Numbered from the stretch's first letter, positions 48,660 to 61,826 are shown. The stretch: 64,000 bases of DNA from Anolis carolinensis (GCF_035594765.1 NC_085842.1:205913747-205977746); one strand, 5' to 3'. Made by a program: numbers and translations. Notes: generated from the letters alone by a model not told the origin.

Positions 48660-49510
48660 GCCAGCTGGCCATGGGAGTTCATGCCTCAGTCACATCTCAT
48701 TTGGACTTTTGCAATGCTTTCTACATGGGGCTGCCTTTGAAGATAGTTCAGAAGCTTCAAATGGTCTAGAGATCAGCAGCCAGGGTACTAACTGGAGCGC
48801 TGTTCAGGGAGAGAACCACTTCCATGCTGCTGCAGCTCTGCTGGCTGCTGGTCTGCTTCTGGGCTAAATACAAAGTTCTGGTTCTTACCTTTAAAGTCCT
48901 AAATGGCTTGGGTCCAGACTATTTGATGATCCGGATCCCCCACTATAGATTAACTCAGACACTGTGGTCATTGGAGGAGGCCTGTTCTCAGTCTCATCCC
49001 TGTCCCAAGCACGGTTGATGGGAACAAGAGAAAGGGCCTTCTCCATGGCGGCCTCCCACCTCTGGAACTCCCTTCCTACGAAATTAAAGATGGCCCCTTC
49101 CCTCCCCATCTTCAAGAAACAGTTGAAGACACACCTTTGCTCACTGGCTTACAAGGAGGAGGAGGTATAGATTATAATACTACCATTGTTCCTCGGATTA
49201 ATAGCTACCATCAGTATCCATGCCCTGTTTGCCCCATCAGCTCAGTAGACATCTTGATCAATCTATTTGCCCCCAAGGAACTGGGAAGGCTTCTGTTTGA
49301 TGTTTTGATGTTTTGCTTTTTGTCCAATATAACAGGTTGCATTTTTAATTTAATTTTAGTTGTTAAGTCATAATTTGTTTTTATATGATAGGTTGTCAAG
49401 TTTTGTTATTATGGGTGTGTTGTGTTCAGGCACTGAATGTTTGCTTTTTATTTTTGAAATCCACCCTGAGTCCCTCCAGGAAGACAGGGCAGAATATAAA
49501 TAAAGTTTAT
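48660..49510 (+). mobile_element. L2 LINE 3' portion (RT C-terminus and 3' UTR)
   Basis: Degenerate VHA.VTS.LD.CNA.YMGLPLK.VQKLQMV.RSAAR and RAFSMAASHLWNSLP...FKKQLKTHL, with an L2 stem-loop and (ATT)n tail. Confidence 0.85.
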
Positions 49511-49523
49511 TATTATTATTATT

Positions 49524-50350
49524 GTATGACACAGCAAACAAGATAGATATGCTGGATTTCGTTTCACAAAATCACAAGTCGAACACTTCCCAAGTGTCTA
49601 GGACTGTGTGATGTATTTTTGGATGATGCGTGCAGATCCCAGCAGGGTGGCCTTTTGCAGTTGGCAGATCGTAATTTTGTCAATGTCTATTGTTTCCAAA
49701 TGCCGGCTGAGATCTTTTGGCACGGCACCCAATGTGCCCATCACCACCGGGACCACCTGCACTGGTTTCTGCCAGAGTCTTTGAAGTTCAATCTTGAGGT
49801 CCTGATAGCAGTTGAGTTTTTCCTGTTGTTTTTCGTCAATGCGACTGTCACCTGGGATGGCAACATCAATGACCCAAGCCTTTTTCTTTTCCACAACTGT
49901 GATGTCTGGTGTGTTGTGTTCCAGAACTTTGTCAGTCTGGATTCGGAAGTCCCACAGTATTTTTGCGTGCTCATTTTCCAATACTTTTGCAGGTTTGTGA
50001 TCCCACCAGTTCTTTGCTGCTGGCAGGTGGTACTTGAGGCATAAGTTCCAATGAATCATTTGGGCCACATAGTTGTGCCTCTGTTTGTAGTCTGTCTGTG
50101 CGATTTTCTTACAGCAGCTGAGGATATGATCAATGGTTTCGTTGGTTTCCTTGCACAGTCTGCGTTTTGGGTCATCAGCTGATTTTTCGATCTTGGCCTT
50201 AATTGCATTTGTTCTGATGACTTGCTCCTGGGCTGCAAGGATCAGGCCTTCTGTCTCCTTCTTCAGGGTCCCATTTGTGAGCCATAGCCAGGTCTTCTCC
50301 TTGTCAGTTTTTCCTTCAATTTTGTCAAGGAAGTTTCCATGCAATGTTTT
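49524..50350 (-). mobile_element. R4/Dong (Rex6-like) RLE retrotransposon, 5'-truncated
   Basis: Open frame with a CCHC knuckle (RRLCKETNETIDHILSCC, first Cys lost), RHN motif and PD-(D/E)xK nuclease (PDITVVEKKKAWVIDVAIP...K..Y). Flanked by (TTA)n/(TTG)n. Confidence 0.92.
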
Positions 50351-50429
50351 GTTGTTGTTGTTGTTGTTGTCGTTGTTGTCGTTGTTGTCATTGTTGTTGT
50401 TGTTGTTGTTGTTATTATTATTATTATTT
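50349..50429. repeat. (TTG)n/(TTA)n compound microsatellite
   Basis: Directly visible. It produces the poly-Asn stretch in the ORF track. Confidence 0.95.
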
Positions 50430-51694
50430 CCTGTCATGTGGTGAGATACCTCCTGAAAAAAAAAACTCACACTCTTTTTCCTGCCATAGCACTAAAGGCA
50501 ATGCACATCCATAGGCACTGTTGCTCACCTCCCTATTCTGCCTTCTAGAAACCAACTAGACACCTCAACCCCTCCCTATAAGGATGGCTCTCACGGAAGA
50601 TTACCATGGGGCGGGAAAACACTTTATCTCCAGGTAACTAGTGAAGCAAGTAGGGAAATAGACGCAGAAGGGATCACAAGTTCAACCTCCTGCCAGGCAG
50701 AAATACACAGCTAAAGAACTTCAGAAAGAGACGGCACACACACACAGTAAGATGCTTCCTTTCAGGCCTCTGCAAGAATTATCAGGAGTTTAAAATGTGA
50801 TGCCCAGATAGGGCACTCACATAGTCAGTGTTGCCCTTCTATGTTGCTCCTCTCAGCACAAACATCAAGGCATCCACTCTTCCATGTGAGAAACACAAAA
50901 ACAAAGTATCCTGTAATAAGCTCCAAAGCACAGCACCTTGCCCTACTATCTGCCCCCTTCCTACACTGCAAACAAATAGAGATTATGCCCATAGATTAAG
51001 CAAAACTTTTTCTTTAGAAGCAAATGTACCTCTTTCTAAAACACACACACTCACATGTATGCAAACTCATCTCATAAACCTACACTCTCCTGGATTCATG
51101 AGAGGTCACTTGGATGAAAGAGACTACACACACTCTCCTGAGACCCCAAAATCTTGTGTTCATGGTTATATACTGTGAATAATTTCTGGACATAGTATAT
51201 GAAAGAAAATTATTGGGTCCCATTATGTTTCAGGATGACCTAACTACATGAGGAAATAAGCCATGGAGGGAAAGAAATTAAAGCGATAAGAGGGTGAAAA
51301 ATCAAAACAAAGGTGGCCTTTTTTAAAGCTTCATTTTGATTATGCAGGTTTTTCATTTAAATGGTGATTCTGTGGTAGGGGCACATGCAATTTGTATTAG
51401 CCAAAGACTTGCCATATATATTGTTGTATAAGTCGACTTCATGTGTACAAGTCAAGGGCAGGCTGGGGGCCAAAATTTGGACTTTTGCTGTGATCTCATA
51501 ATGTCTACATCTGTGAAATACAGAGAGGGGATAGAATATAAATGGGGGAAAAGAATGAGAATGCAGCCAGAAAAAAGGGGAGGGGAGAATAGCAAGAAAA
51601 GCAACCTGCCTCTATTACAGACCCAGCACAAGGTCAGTGGCAGGAGGCAGAGATGAGAAGTGTTCCCACTCTATTATGTCCCTTTGGGAAGGGG

Positions 51695-52390
51695 GGTTTG
51701 CTGCTAGCACAGCGGATTAAACTGCCAACTACAGAAGATCTTGCTGACCGGTAGGTCGGCAGTTCAAGCCACATGTCAGGGTGAGCTAACGCCGTCAGCC
51801 CCAGCTTCTGCTTACCTAACAGTTCGAAAACAACAACGTGAGTAGATAAATAGGAACCACTTTGGCAGGGAGGTAAAAGGCACCCTGAAAAACATTTATT
51901 TATTTATTTATTTACAGCATTTATATTCCGCCCTTCTCAACCCGAAGGGGACTCAGGGCGGATCACATTATACATATAGGCAAACATTCAATGCCTTTTA
52001 ACATAGAACAAAGACAGACAAACATAGGCTCCGAGCGGGCCTCGAACTCATGACCTCCTGGTCAGAGTGATTCATTGCAGTGATTCATTGCAGCTGCTCT
52101 CCAGCCTGCGCCGCAGCCCAAGCCCAACATGCCAGCAAATCCAATCAGGAAGACGTCCATGGACAACAGGCTCCTCAACATGGAAAAAAGAAACAAAAGC
52201 ACCCGTATTGGCCGAGTCGAGCACAGCCTCCAGATGCCAGAGATGAAAAAGAGGGAAGCCTTGCTTCTATTTATGTATTGTTCTGTCTTTGTCAATTGTA
52301 TAATGGCATTGAATGTTTGCCATATATGTATCTGTAATCCACTCTGAGTCCCCTCGGGGAGATAGAGCAGAATATAAAGTATATTATTAT
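51695..52390 (+). mobile_element. Composite SINE (Sauria-like head with L2 tail), interrupted by an inverted SINE
   Basis: Head and centre 51695-51890 resemble Sauria SINE. It resumes at 52127 and ends in the L2 tail CTGAGTCCCCTCGGGGAGATAGAGCAGAATATAAA. A second copy lies at 56547-57080. Confidence 0.7.
51896..52126 (-). mobile_element. Short tRNA-derived SINE with L2 tail
   Basis: B-box GAGTTCGAGGCC on the minus strand, L2 stem-loop tail, (AAAT)n, and flanking direct repeat AACAT. Confidence 0.7.
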
Positions 52391-52772
52391 AGACCAAGCC
52401 AGAGAAAGAAAAATAGCACTCCTTTTCTTTTCTTCTACTTTGGCCCAAGTGTCATTCAGCAGCAATGTTTTCTAGAGCGGGAGGAGGGAGAATATGGCAC
52501 ACCTGCAGTTTTGGGTGCTTGAGGCAGAGTGTAGTGGTCCTGGCCATTTTGAATAGGAACTTACTGCATAAACCTCACCTCATAAGGGCAGATATTTTAA
52601 TATGGCCTTAATCTCTGTGCTCCCTGCTGCTATAAGTGCTTGAATTGAAGAGGAATAGCTACTACCAAGCCTCACAAGGGTTGGACAGCAAGCGCCTATC
52701 AAAAATGGCCACCACAACTGCTCCACTTTAAGTACCCAAAATGTCAGGGAGTACAGAGTATTTCCTGATTTT

Positions 52773-52930
52773 CTTTTTGTGTCAGGAGCGACTTGAGAAA
52801 CTGCTAGTCACTTCTGGTGTGAGAGAATTGGCCATCTGCAAGGACGTTGCCCAGCGGAAACCCTGATGTTTTACCATCCTGTGGGAGGCTTCTGTCATGT
52901 CTCCACCCCGCTCCCTGGATTCAAACCGCT
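52773..52930 (-). mobile_element. Anolis SINE2-like fragment
   Basis: Homologous to 20753-21042. Confidence 0.8.
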
Positions 52931-53629
52931 AATGTGAATTGATCCATAACTAACTCTACTCAGGTTTTTTTGGTGCATTTTGGTCAGGGATTTTTCCATT
53001 TATAGATGTGTATATAAAATATCATGATAAGTAGGAATTAATGCCATAAACACCCATAGCTTTGAGGATGGATCTATTGCAGTAGCACAGATATCATCCA
53101 CAACCTGCAACAAAAAGATGGTCAGAAAATATGGTTTAAAATGAAAGAAGTCAAGGCTTTGGTAATGAAACCAAACTGCACCTAGTATGAAAGGGGATCA
53201 AAAGCAGCAATGCAGTCAAAGCACCTCAAAATTAACTTGACACCTTTCTCTCATAAAAGAAAAAGTGCTTCCAATAACAGAAATGTGTGGAATAGAGATT
53301 ACTTTGTATGTGGGTGGGTATCCATCACTTGAATAAAGGTTTAAATTGTGGGAACAACTGTAGGCTTCCAGGCACAGTTAGCATTACATTCACCCTGTAT
53401 GAATTTGCCCTCTGTCTCCTGCTCTGAAATGCCAAGGATGATCCATGCCACAGACATGAAAGGTGAAACATAAATTGCTACCTGGACATCTCACATAGTT
53501 TAGCTAGTAAATTAATGGGGTTTCTTCTCCTTTCTTTAGCAGACAGCTGCAGATGTTTCTGTCTTACACTAACTTAAATAAATTGGTTATTTAAACTTCA
53601 TCTCTGAAAGTTGATTTTCTCTTTCATGA

Positions 53630-53946
53630 CACTATGTAATATGACTTTTGTTCCTCGGTTATAAATGCTTTTTTCCTAATTGGTTCTATCATGAAAAACA
53701 TGGAAAAATGTTTAATAAATTTCAAAAAAAAATTTTTTTCCGGCATATCCTGTAGCACATTTTGCCATAGATTTTCAATGAATATCTCATAGAGTCTTAA
53801 CCAATTCAACACAGTTTGTGGCAGACACAAAAACAAAGTTACTGGACTATAACAACAACTTTCAAAGTAAATAACACAAAATTAAACAGAAAATAACACT
53901 TTCAAACAGGAACATAATTTTTTTTGAAAAAAATTGTTACATAGTG
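53630..53946. mobile_element. Chapaev3-like MITE
   Basis: TIRs CACTATGTAA...TTACATAGTG, flanked by TGA/TAA. Confidence 0.65.
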
Positions 53947-54326
53947 TAATCACAAGAGCTACTTTATATATTCTAACTTAGCCATCTTGCTAACACTAAA
54001 TATTTTTAAAGAGAATAATAGAAGTCCGAGGAAAAAGTCTCACCTTGCATAATGCAAGCCTGAATTGACTGTATTTTCAATATATGATATCAAAACAGGG
54101 AGCACTCTATTATTGCTGTGTGCCTTCAAGTCACGTCTGGCCTATGACAGCCCTAAGACAGAGCTATCACAGGCTTTTGTCTTGGTAAGGTTATTTAGAG
54201 ATGGCCTGCCATTCCCTTCCTCTGAGGCTGAAAGAATATGGGTTGCCCAAGGAATTTGAATCATGGTCTCCAGAGTTGTCACCAAACTACTATACTGACT
54301 CTATAGTAGTGCTATTTATTATTAAA

Positions 54327-54845
54327 CTAGCTTGGGGATCCAGTGGTGCCCGGGTTATTTTTAAAAGGCATTGTTTGGTTTTGGATGTTAGGTAATATCA
54401 GTATGGTAATTTGTTACGCTATTTCTTAGAAGAACTCAGTCTTTGCTTTTGTTTTTTTATGAATGCTCCCATTAGAAAATGCATAAGGATGTGGGTGAAC
54501 TACAATTTCCAAAAAAGGTGGGTCAATCACTCCAAACCATGCCAGTATTTAAAGTTGGCCATGTTGGGTTTGTGTGCTGAGATTTGTTGTCAGATGAGTT
54601 CAGTGCTCTCTGGATGCAGAGTGAATTATAAGTCCCGGGTTCCAAGGTCAGCTCCTGCCCCCAAACCCCTCCAGTATGTTTTATTGGTCACCAGGTCTCT
54701 ATGTGCCACGTTTGGTCCAGATTGTTCATTGGTGGGGTTCAGAATGCTCTCTGAATTCAGGGTGAACGACAACTCCCGCACAGGTGGGTCAGTCCCCCCA
54801 AAACCCCTCCAGTATGTTCTGTTGGTCATCAGGGTTCTTTGTGAA
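54327..54845 (-). mobile_element. Non-autonomous Helitron 3' end with internal tandem repeats
   Basis: Minus strand ends with a decayed hairpin CCCGGGCACCACTGG, then ATCCCCAAG-CTAG|T. About three internal units of roughly 135 bp (GGTGAAC.ACAA...CCAAACCCCTCCAGTATGTT). Confidence 0.65.
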
Positions 54846-54967
54846 TCATGGAAATAGAAACACATCATCATCACAAATACACTGTCCAGTGCTAGCATCT
54901 TTCCATTTCTAATTACAGGGTTTTTTCTATTTATTTTCAATTTTTACCATGAAATACTAGTTCACCA

Positions 54968-55190
54968 GAGATGTATCTACATTGTAGAATTAATGCAGTT
55001 TGGCACCACTTTAGCTGCCATGGCTCAATGCTATGGAGTCATAGAAGTTGTAGGTTTACAAGGTCTTTAGCCTTCTCTGCCAAAGTATGCTGGTGTTTCA
55101 GCAAACTACAACTCCTAGGTTTCCCTAGCATTGAGCCATGTCAGTTAAAGGAGCATCAAACTGCATTAATTCTACAGTGGGCATGCACCC
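54968..55190. mobile_element. Palindromic MITE (Harbinger-like)
   Basis: TGTAGAATTAATGCAGTTTG...CAAACTGCATTAATTCTACA and GGCTCAATGCTA...TAGCATTGAGCC inverted arms. Confidence 0.75.
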
Positions 55191-55844
55191 ATTAAAAAGG
55201 ATTACAGCCAATTGTATTGTGTACTACACATGCCCATTGCAGGAACATAAAATGACTGAATAATCAAGAATAATCAAGACCAGCTATTTAGTGGGATAAT
55301 TAAAAGGTGGTTCATCAACTTCCATTTAGATTTGTGGAACTTTGGATTTAATTCCACTTCTATGTAATTATGAAAAGGCTGTGCTTATGTATTGCATTTG
55401 GGGTCTAGCAAAGAAGCAACCAATATATGCATACTCATCTTTCAGCTCCATTCTTTGTAGTTGAGAACTAGTTCTTTGAAAACTACAATTCTATTATTCT
55501 TGTTCTCAAAACAAACAAACAAACTATCCACAACTCAGCTGAGCTATCTATTATGTGAATCAAGTCTATCTCCACTTCCCTCCCTGCCCATCCTTTTGCT
55601 ACAGCAATGGCAGTAGATTTACAGTGTGGTTTGTTCTAGTGAATCACAAGGAACTACAAAGGGTAGCTCAAACAAGTTATTTGTTTAGATCCATGGATCT
55701 TTGAATATGCACACTTATGCAGAAACACAATTCGTAAACATCAACATTCATGGATATAAACTTTAAATTATAAACATTCAGAGAAACTGTTTGCTATGGA
55801 GACTATTTCCATAGGAAAGGTGTGGGCAAACCACATTCTTTTGG

Positions 55845-56050
55845 AAGGTTGCTGGTTCAAATCCAACCCAGGGAGAGCGCAGACGAGCTCCGTCTATCAG
55901 TGGGCACATGAGAGAAGCCTCTCACAAGGATGGTAAAAACATCAAAAACATCCGGGCATCCCCTGGGCAGCATCTTTGCAGATGACCAATGCTCTCACAC
56001 CAGAAGCAACTTGCAGTTTCTCAAGTCGCTCCTGACACACACAAAAAAAC
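55845..56050 (+). mobile_element. Anolis SINE2-like element, 5'-truncated
   Basis: ACATGAGAGAAGCCTC...TTTCTCAAGTCGCTCCTGACAC followed by an A-tail. Confidence 0.82.
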
Positions 56051-56546
56051 CACTGCTTTATTCAATTTCAGCCTTGTAGGTCATTTCATTTTTTCCCAAA
56101 AAAAATCTTGCCAAGTGTATGGAACTCCTTGTCACTGTATCTCCTCACTTCTTCCCCTAATTTTTCAAAGCTTTCTGGTAATACAGAGCTTTAAGATTGG
56201 GTATGTCAAGTAAAGGGAAGCTATGTCTTCCAGATGTTGCTGTACTGCAGCTCCTAACATTCCATCCTTACCAATGCTGTACTGTACACACAATTCCATC
56301 TCCGGCCTAAAAAATTAACCTCACACCTTTATTAAATAAATAATATTTGACATAACAGACTATTTCCAATTATTGTTCTTTTTAAAAATAAATAGAGATG
56401 CTTAGTGGCAGTTTCCAAAGGTGCCTAATGAACTAGAATGTCACAAACCTCTCAAGGACTTTTCACTTCAGCCAAATAGACTAAATTTATTCCAACCAAA
56501 TCCCAATATCCTTAGGACTTTCAACACATTTTAATTATCACATATA

Positions 56547-56547
56547 T

Positions 56548-56594
<47 letters not shown>

Positions 56595-57080
56595 TTTGCA
56601 GTATTTATATTCCACCCTTCTCACTCCGAAGGGGCCTCAGGATGGATCCCAGAACACATATACGGCAAACATTCAATGCCATTATACACAGACAGGACAG
56701 ATAACAGGACAGATAGAGGTATATAGGCATTTCCCATCTTTGGCATCCTGGAGGTTGTGCTCGATTTCAGTCACAGAAAATGGGGGGTGCTGTCGCTCCA
56801 TCCTCTATGTCGAAGAACCCTGTTCACAGACTTCCTCCTTCTTTGATTGCCGGCATTTTTCTGGAATTTCCTTATGGAGCCATTAAAATACCCCCCCCCC
56901 CCCCCCCCCGCTTAAGCGGAACCTATTTATGTACTCACTGCTATTTTCAATCTGTTATGTGGGCAGTGAACTGGGCTGAAGGTCGGGTGCTCACCCCTGA
57001 CCCAGGCTTCAAACTGCCAACCTTTCAGTTGGTAAGATGTATTTCATCTGGTGGCTAATCTGCTGTGCTAAAGCTTGGCC
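56547..57080 (-). mobile_element. Composite SINE (Sauria-like head with L2 tail) and (AAAT)n
   Basis: Colinear with the reconstructed 51695-52390 element. Confidence 0.7.
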
Positions 57081-58173
57081 CATTTCTCTCAAAGTTTTGT
57101 GTCCAACCTTGTCTCACACAACTAAATCCAGCCCATCCTAACTCTTCACCTGGAGGTTTCATTTTACCCTTCTCTATCTGCCACATCCAAACAGACATCC
57201 TCAGACAATCTGGATTTGATATTTCTCAAAATACTTAAAATAATTCAACTCATGTAACTGTCTTTAAATGAGTGTCAGTGTACAGTTATAACCATTAGAT
57301 GTCACTTTAAAAGTCAGAGCTCTGTCCTGTGGAATCCTGGGATTTGTAATTGGTGAAGCACTTTGCATTCCGTGCTAGGCAGTTCAAACATACACTCCCC
57401 TGAAGTACAGCTCTGAGAATTTTACAGCTCACCAAAATTGTAACTGCTAGGATTACTTAGGGTGGAGCCATAGTAGGAGTGGATAAAACTGCTATGATTG
57501 TGTCATGTATTGGAGACAAGTCACAAACTAGACAATTGTAGCACTATGATTCAACTTTAATTTCCATGATTCTGACCCATAGAATAGAATAAAAATAGAC
57601 AATCCTCTATGGTTGTTTGGATTGTGTGTGCGTTCAAGCCAGTGAAGAAAGATTATGCCCAACGTTGTTTTTGATCCAAGGGTTTTCCTTGGCTTCACCA
57701 AGAATGCAACCAACCACCTTCTTTCATGGGTCAAGAGAAACAGTTTATTGATTGGTGGTCACAAATTCATAGGTTCACATGGTGACATGTTAATGGCAAT
57801 CACAGCATGTGTTTAGTTTAGTTCTCACAGTAAAACTTAAGAGTGTTATCAAAAGAGAAAAATAAAGGACTATGGTTCAGCCTTACAGTCTTGGGTTGCA
57901 ATGCAGGGTGATTCTTTACCGTCCTTCAGTGGTGACTTTGCATGTGTAAAGGCGGGTGAGAACTGAGATAGGTTGCTGAGGTGTTAACACAGACCTCAGA
58001 GCATTCCCTTTCTCTTCTCCTCTAAAAAGGGGTGAGATTTAAATTAAAGTTTTACAAGAAAGTTCCTTTTAACTCTATATTCCATAGGACACAGTACTAA
58101 GTAAAAAGTTCTCAAAAACAAAATTAGTTAAGCACCAGGCACTCTTTATGGTATTGCAACCAGTGTTAGGAAA

Positions 58174-58969
58174 TAGAGGTGTGCAATTCAGCCAAAAGGC
58201 ATGCCATTTTGGGGTCCATTTTTGGCCAATCCCTCATTATGTTTACCGGGAGGTCACTCAAATCAGGATGGGTATTGCCATTTTTATTTGACAATGGGAA
58301 ACTTTGAAAGGCTCAATTCTCAATCATTTTAAAGCCTATCTGCATGAAACCTACCTCATTTTTAGATTCCATTTAAAACTACAGGTCTGCCAAGCTTCAA
58401 AACAATTCACCAATCTACTGATTTTTAGGATTCTTTTAAGTTTTTTACCATATTTTTTTTTTTAAAAATTAGACAAACCACAAGAGAGGGTTCTGAATTG
58501 TAATCGCCCGTTGTGTCCATTCTCAGCCAATCAGAGCATGGACACAACCAGGTTTTTTATTGGCTGACAAACAGAGAGAGAAAAACTTCAACTCCCATCA
58601 TGCTTCAAGAGGAACTCAGAGACTTTTCAATTCCCGCCCCATGCAAGAGCTGCTGGGAAAGTGAGTTCCCAGCAAAGCCCTCTCTGGAAGAAGAGACTAG
58701 GAAATTTTCCAAATGGATGGACGCTGCTGCTGCTCCTGGGGGAGGGAGAAAAAGATGCTTCTCCAGGAGCCCCCGTGGCAGACCCCTGCCTCAAGTATTT
58801 TCAAAACTTAACTGTTTACTGTCCAGTAACTGATAAAATCTGGCACCCTTAATCCGTTTTGGTCAGCTTTTGAGTACCCTCCCCCATATTCTGTTTTTGG
58901 GGATTAAACAAAACGGACCACAGAATATTACAAATCATTTTCATTCAAACCTATTTGGGCCCAAGCCTA
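58174..58969. mobile_element. Non-autonomous hAT element (TAG...CTA termini)
   Basis: Perfect 8-bp TSD TTAGGAAA (58166-58173, 58970-58977). The right end CAAGCCTA matches that of 10219-11306. Confidence 0.8.
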
Positions 58970-59875
58970 TTAGGAAAGTCTGTTTTCAAAAGTACACTTT
59001 ATTCCTTACAGAAGCAGTTTAGGGATGAGCACTTAGAATTATCTGCCAGAGAGCTCTAGTGCCTCCCCAACAATGAACACTAGGATTCGATAGGATGTTG
59101 CCATGGCAGTTAAATTCAGGAGAGCCTTATAATTTATCTTTTTCTCTCAAGACTTATGGTGCCATTAGAACTGTAAACTGTCAAGAGGTGACATAAATAA
59201 TCTGTTCTATATGCAGCTTTTCTCCACACAAGTTCTAAGGGCATGTGATACAGCCACTTCACTCAATCTAAGCAGATCTGCATCTGGTCACTGCCTGGAG
59301 AGAAGATTGCTTGGGAACCCATATATGCTGATTTCAGTCGCATGGTGGAAGATAGGCAAGATATAAATGTTATTTGATATGTTAACACGTTAAGTGCCCA
59401 TGTTAGGTTTCTCCTCATGGGTGTGTGTCTAGAAGTATTTGGGATGGCCACAATTGAAAGGAAAAAAGTATTGAGTAGACCGCCTCTAACCAAACCTTTT
59501 AAGCATGATTGCATTCTCATGTTTACAGTTACATGATATAAGGATAAAGAGCAATAAATGGATTGAGGGGAATTTATTTCTTATGACACAAGAAGTGATT
59601 CTGACCTTTCCTGCAAATCCTTGACCTTCTTTGTTGATGTTGTGTTGATGTTGTCACTCTTCTAGTGATGAAAAGGTCTGGTATTGAGTGACAGCTTCAT
59701 TTAGAAAGTTAAAGAGCAAAAAGAGAGATGAAGTGAGTGTAATGTCAAGAGAAGAAACTCTTTTCACATAGTCTAGGCTGCTGACCGTACAATGATGGGA
59801 TTGTCTCCTCCCTCCATCAAGTGTTTCCTTTTGTGGTTCTAACATATCCTTGACAGTGTCATTCAGATCTATGTA

Positions 59876-60278
59876 CAGGCAGTCACCAAGTTACAAACAA
59901 GAAAGGTTCTGTAGGTTTGTTTTTAAGTTGAATTTGTCTGGAAGTCAGAATAGGTACATTTTAAGTGTAACTCCAGCCAAAATATATATGTCTTAGCTTT
60001 GGATAGCATGGGAAAGGGCTAACACCCCTTTTGTGCCCCTGTTCAAAAGATTTCACCGCACGTTCTGTCCCTGTGATAACTGGATTTTGAAAAATTTGAC
60101 TTGTTGTAGAAACAAGGATTGATGAGAAAGCTTCAGTGGAGACACCTCTTCTCCATGACTCTTTCAGGAGTGAACTTCCTTTCCTAGGGGTAGATTTCTC
60201 TCACTTCCTGTTGTCTTATCCCCGTTATTAACTATGAGTAATTTGCAAGTTGGATGTTTGTAATTCAGGGACCGCCTA
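59876..60278. mobile_element. Tigger/pogo-like MITE
   Basis: TA|CAGGCAGTCACCAAGTTACAAACA...TGTTTGTAATTCAGGGACCGCCT.|TA. Confidence 0.8.
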
Positions 60279-61192
60279 TATTTGGCAAAATCTTCTTTCT
60301 ACTTTCTTTCTTTATTCCTGGCAAAAAATTTTTTTACCATGGTTACCATCCATTCCTAACCTGATCACGACATTCTTGGATGACCTGAGGTTACAGATGG
60401 CCAGGATTGTTAGAGATGGTGGAAATGTTAGTCCAGCACATCTAGAAGGCAATGGAGAATCTGGAACAGATAGCATCATGATAGCATGTAGAGATTTACA
60501 TTCATTTGCCCTTCATAATCAGTACGTGTGGTATGATGAATAGGGAAACAACAGAGGAGGGAGGAAGTTTTGGGTCTAGCAGGTCATATACCAAGGGCAA
60601 CTTCTATGGATGTCTCTGAGAAATGGACATTGATGAAAGACAATTGTGGTTTCAAGTTTCCTTAAAAGCAGCAGGACTCCATTTTGAGTGCTTCTGAAGT
60701 GGTAAAATACCTGGCTTGGGTGATTGTTTCTATAGAAAGATATCTTGATGTTACACCATTGCTGTAAGGCTCATTGAGAAGTTAGGCTGAACATCAATCC
60801 TTTCTTAATGAGATTTCAGGTTTCAGATCCTTTTTATTTCCATGATGAAAAGACAAAGTGTTTTTCATGTCCATCTCATTTGAGCAGAGAAACGTGTCTG
60901 CTTAATAATTATCTATGTTCTGGAGATAGGTTCCTTGATACAGAGGAGATGGAAAGAGGAGAGCACTTTCTATTCACCTGAAAGAAAGGCTATCCCTCTT
61001 AGCAATATGCTTTCAGAAGCCACTTCTCCAAGGACAAAGCTTTTAAATTGCAAGGAGCATCCCTTTACAAAGTCAAAGTAATTGGGATAATTGCATCTTA
61101 TAAGTGATGATACAAGGTGTATGTGCTGTAGGCAGTGCTGCATCTAATGGGAGTGGAGAAAATGGTGAATCATCTGCCTCTTACACACAGAT

Positions 61193-61228
<36 letters not shown>

Positions 61229-61826
61229 CAAGAATAGTAAATACTTTGTGATTGTATTGCTATTCCTAAAACTATTGTGTAGTAGGCGGGGAAAACATAA
61301 TAATCTTTTCTCCAATATAGTGCATTCTAATGAATAGTGATCAACATTTCAATTGGCTAGGACTAGATGAAAGTGTCATAGAATGGCCTTGGGAATGAGA
61401 CGGTTCTCTTTACCCGAGATATATGGCTGGTTGCTGGCCCCTATGGCAAATACATAGCAGAGGTAAAATTGAAATAGTTTGAAAATTTCCAGGAAAAATG
61501 ACAGCTCTCAGAATCTCCCATATGGTGTGGTTATTTGCATGTTGAATAGGTAATTGTAGGAGCTATAGTAAAAAGAAAGCAATTTCCCCAACTTCAGCAA
61601 AGTAGAGGAAAGCCTGTTTGTTTTTTGGTTTTCTTTCAATATCCAGCAGAGAAAATGTTGCATGTGCATGCTCCACTGAATGTTTTCCTAGTCAGACATT
61701 ATTTTCTGTTCTTTTTGAAATATTTTTTCTTCAAGAAAGAATCAAAATAAACACATGAACAGGAATTTTAGATATATAAACTCATTCAAATTACACTGCT
61801 ACATACTGTACACTACAATTAAAGTA

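Noticed and set aside
49598-50470. 290-aa ORF with poly-Asn N-terminus as a novel nuclease gene
   Set aside because: It is a truncated R4/Dong C-terminus read through a microsatellite. RT is missing and the first zinc-knuckle Cys is mutated.
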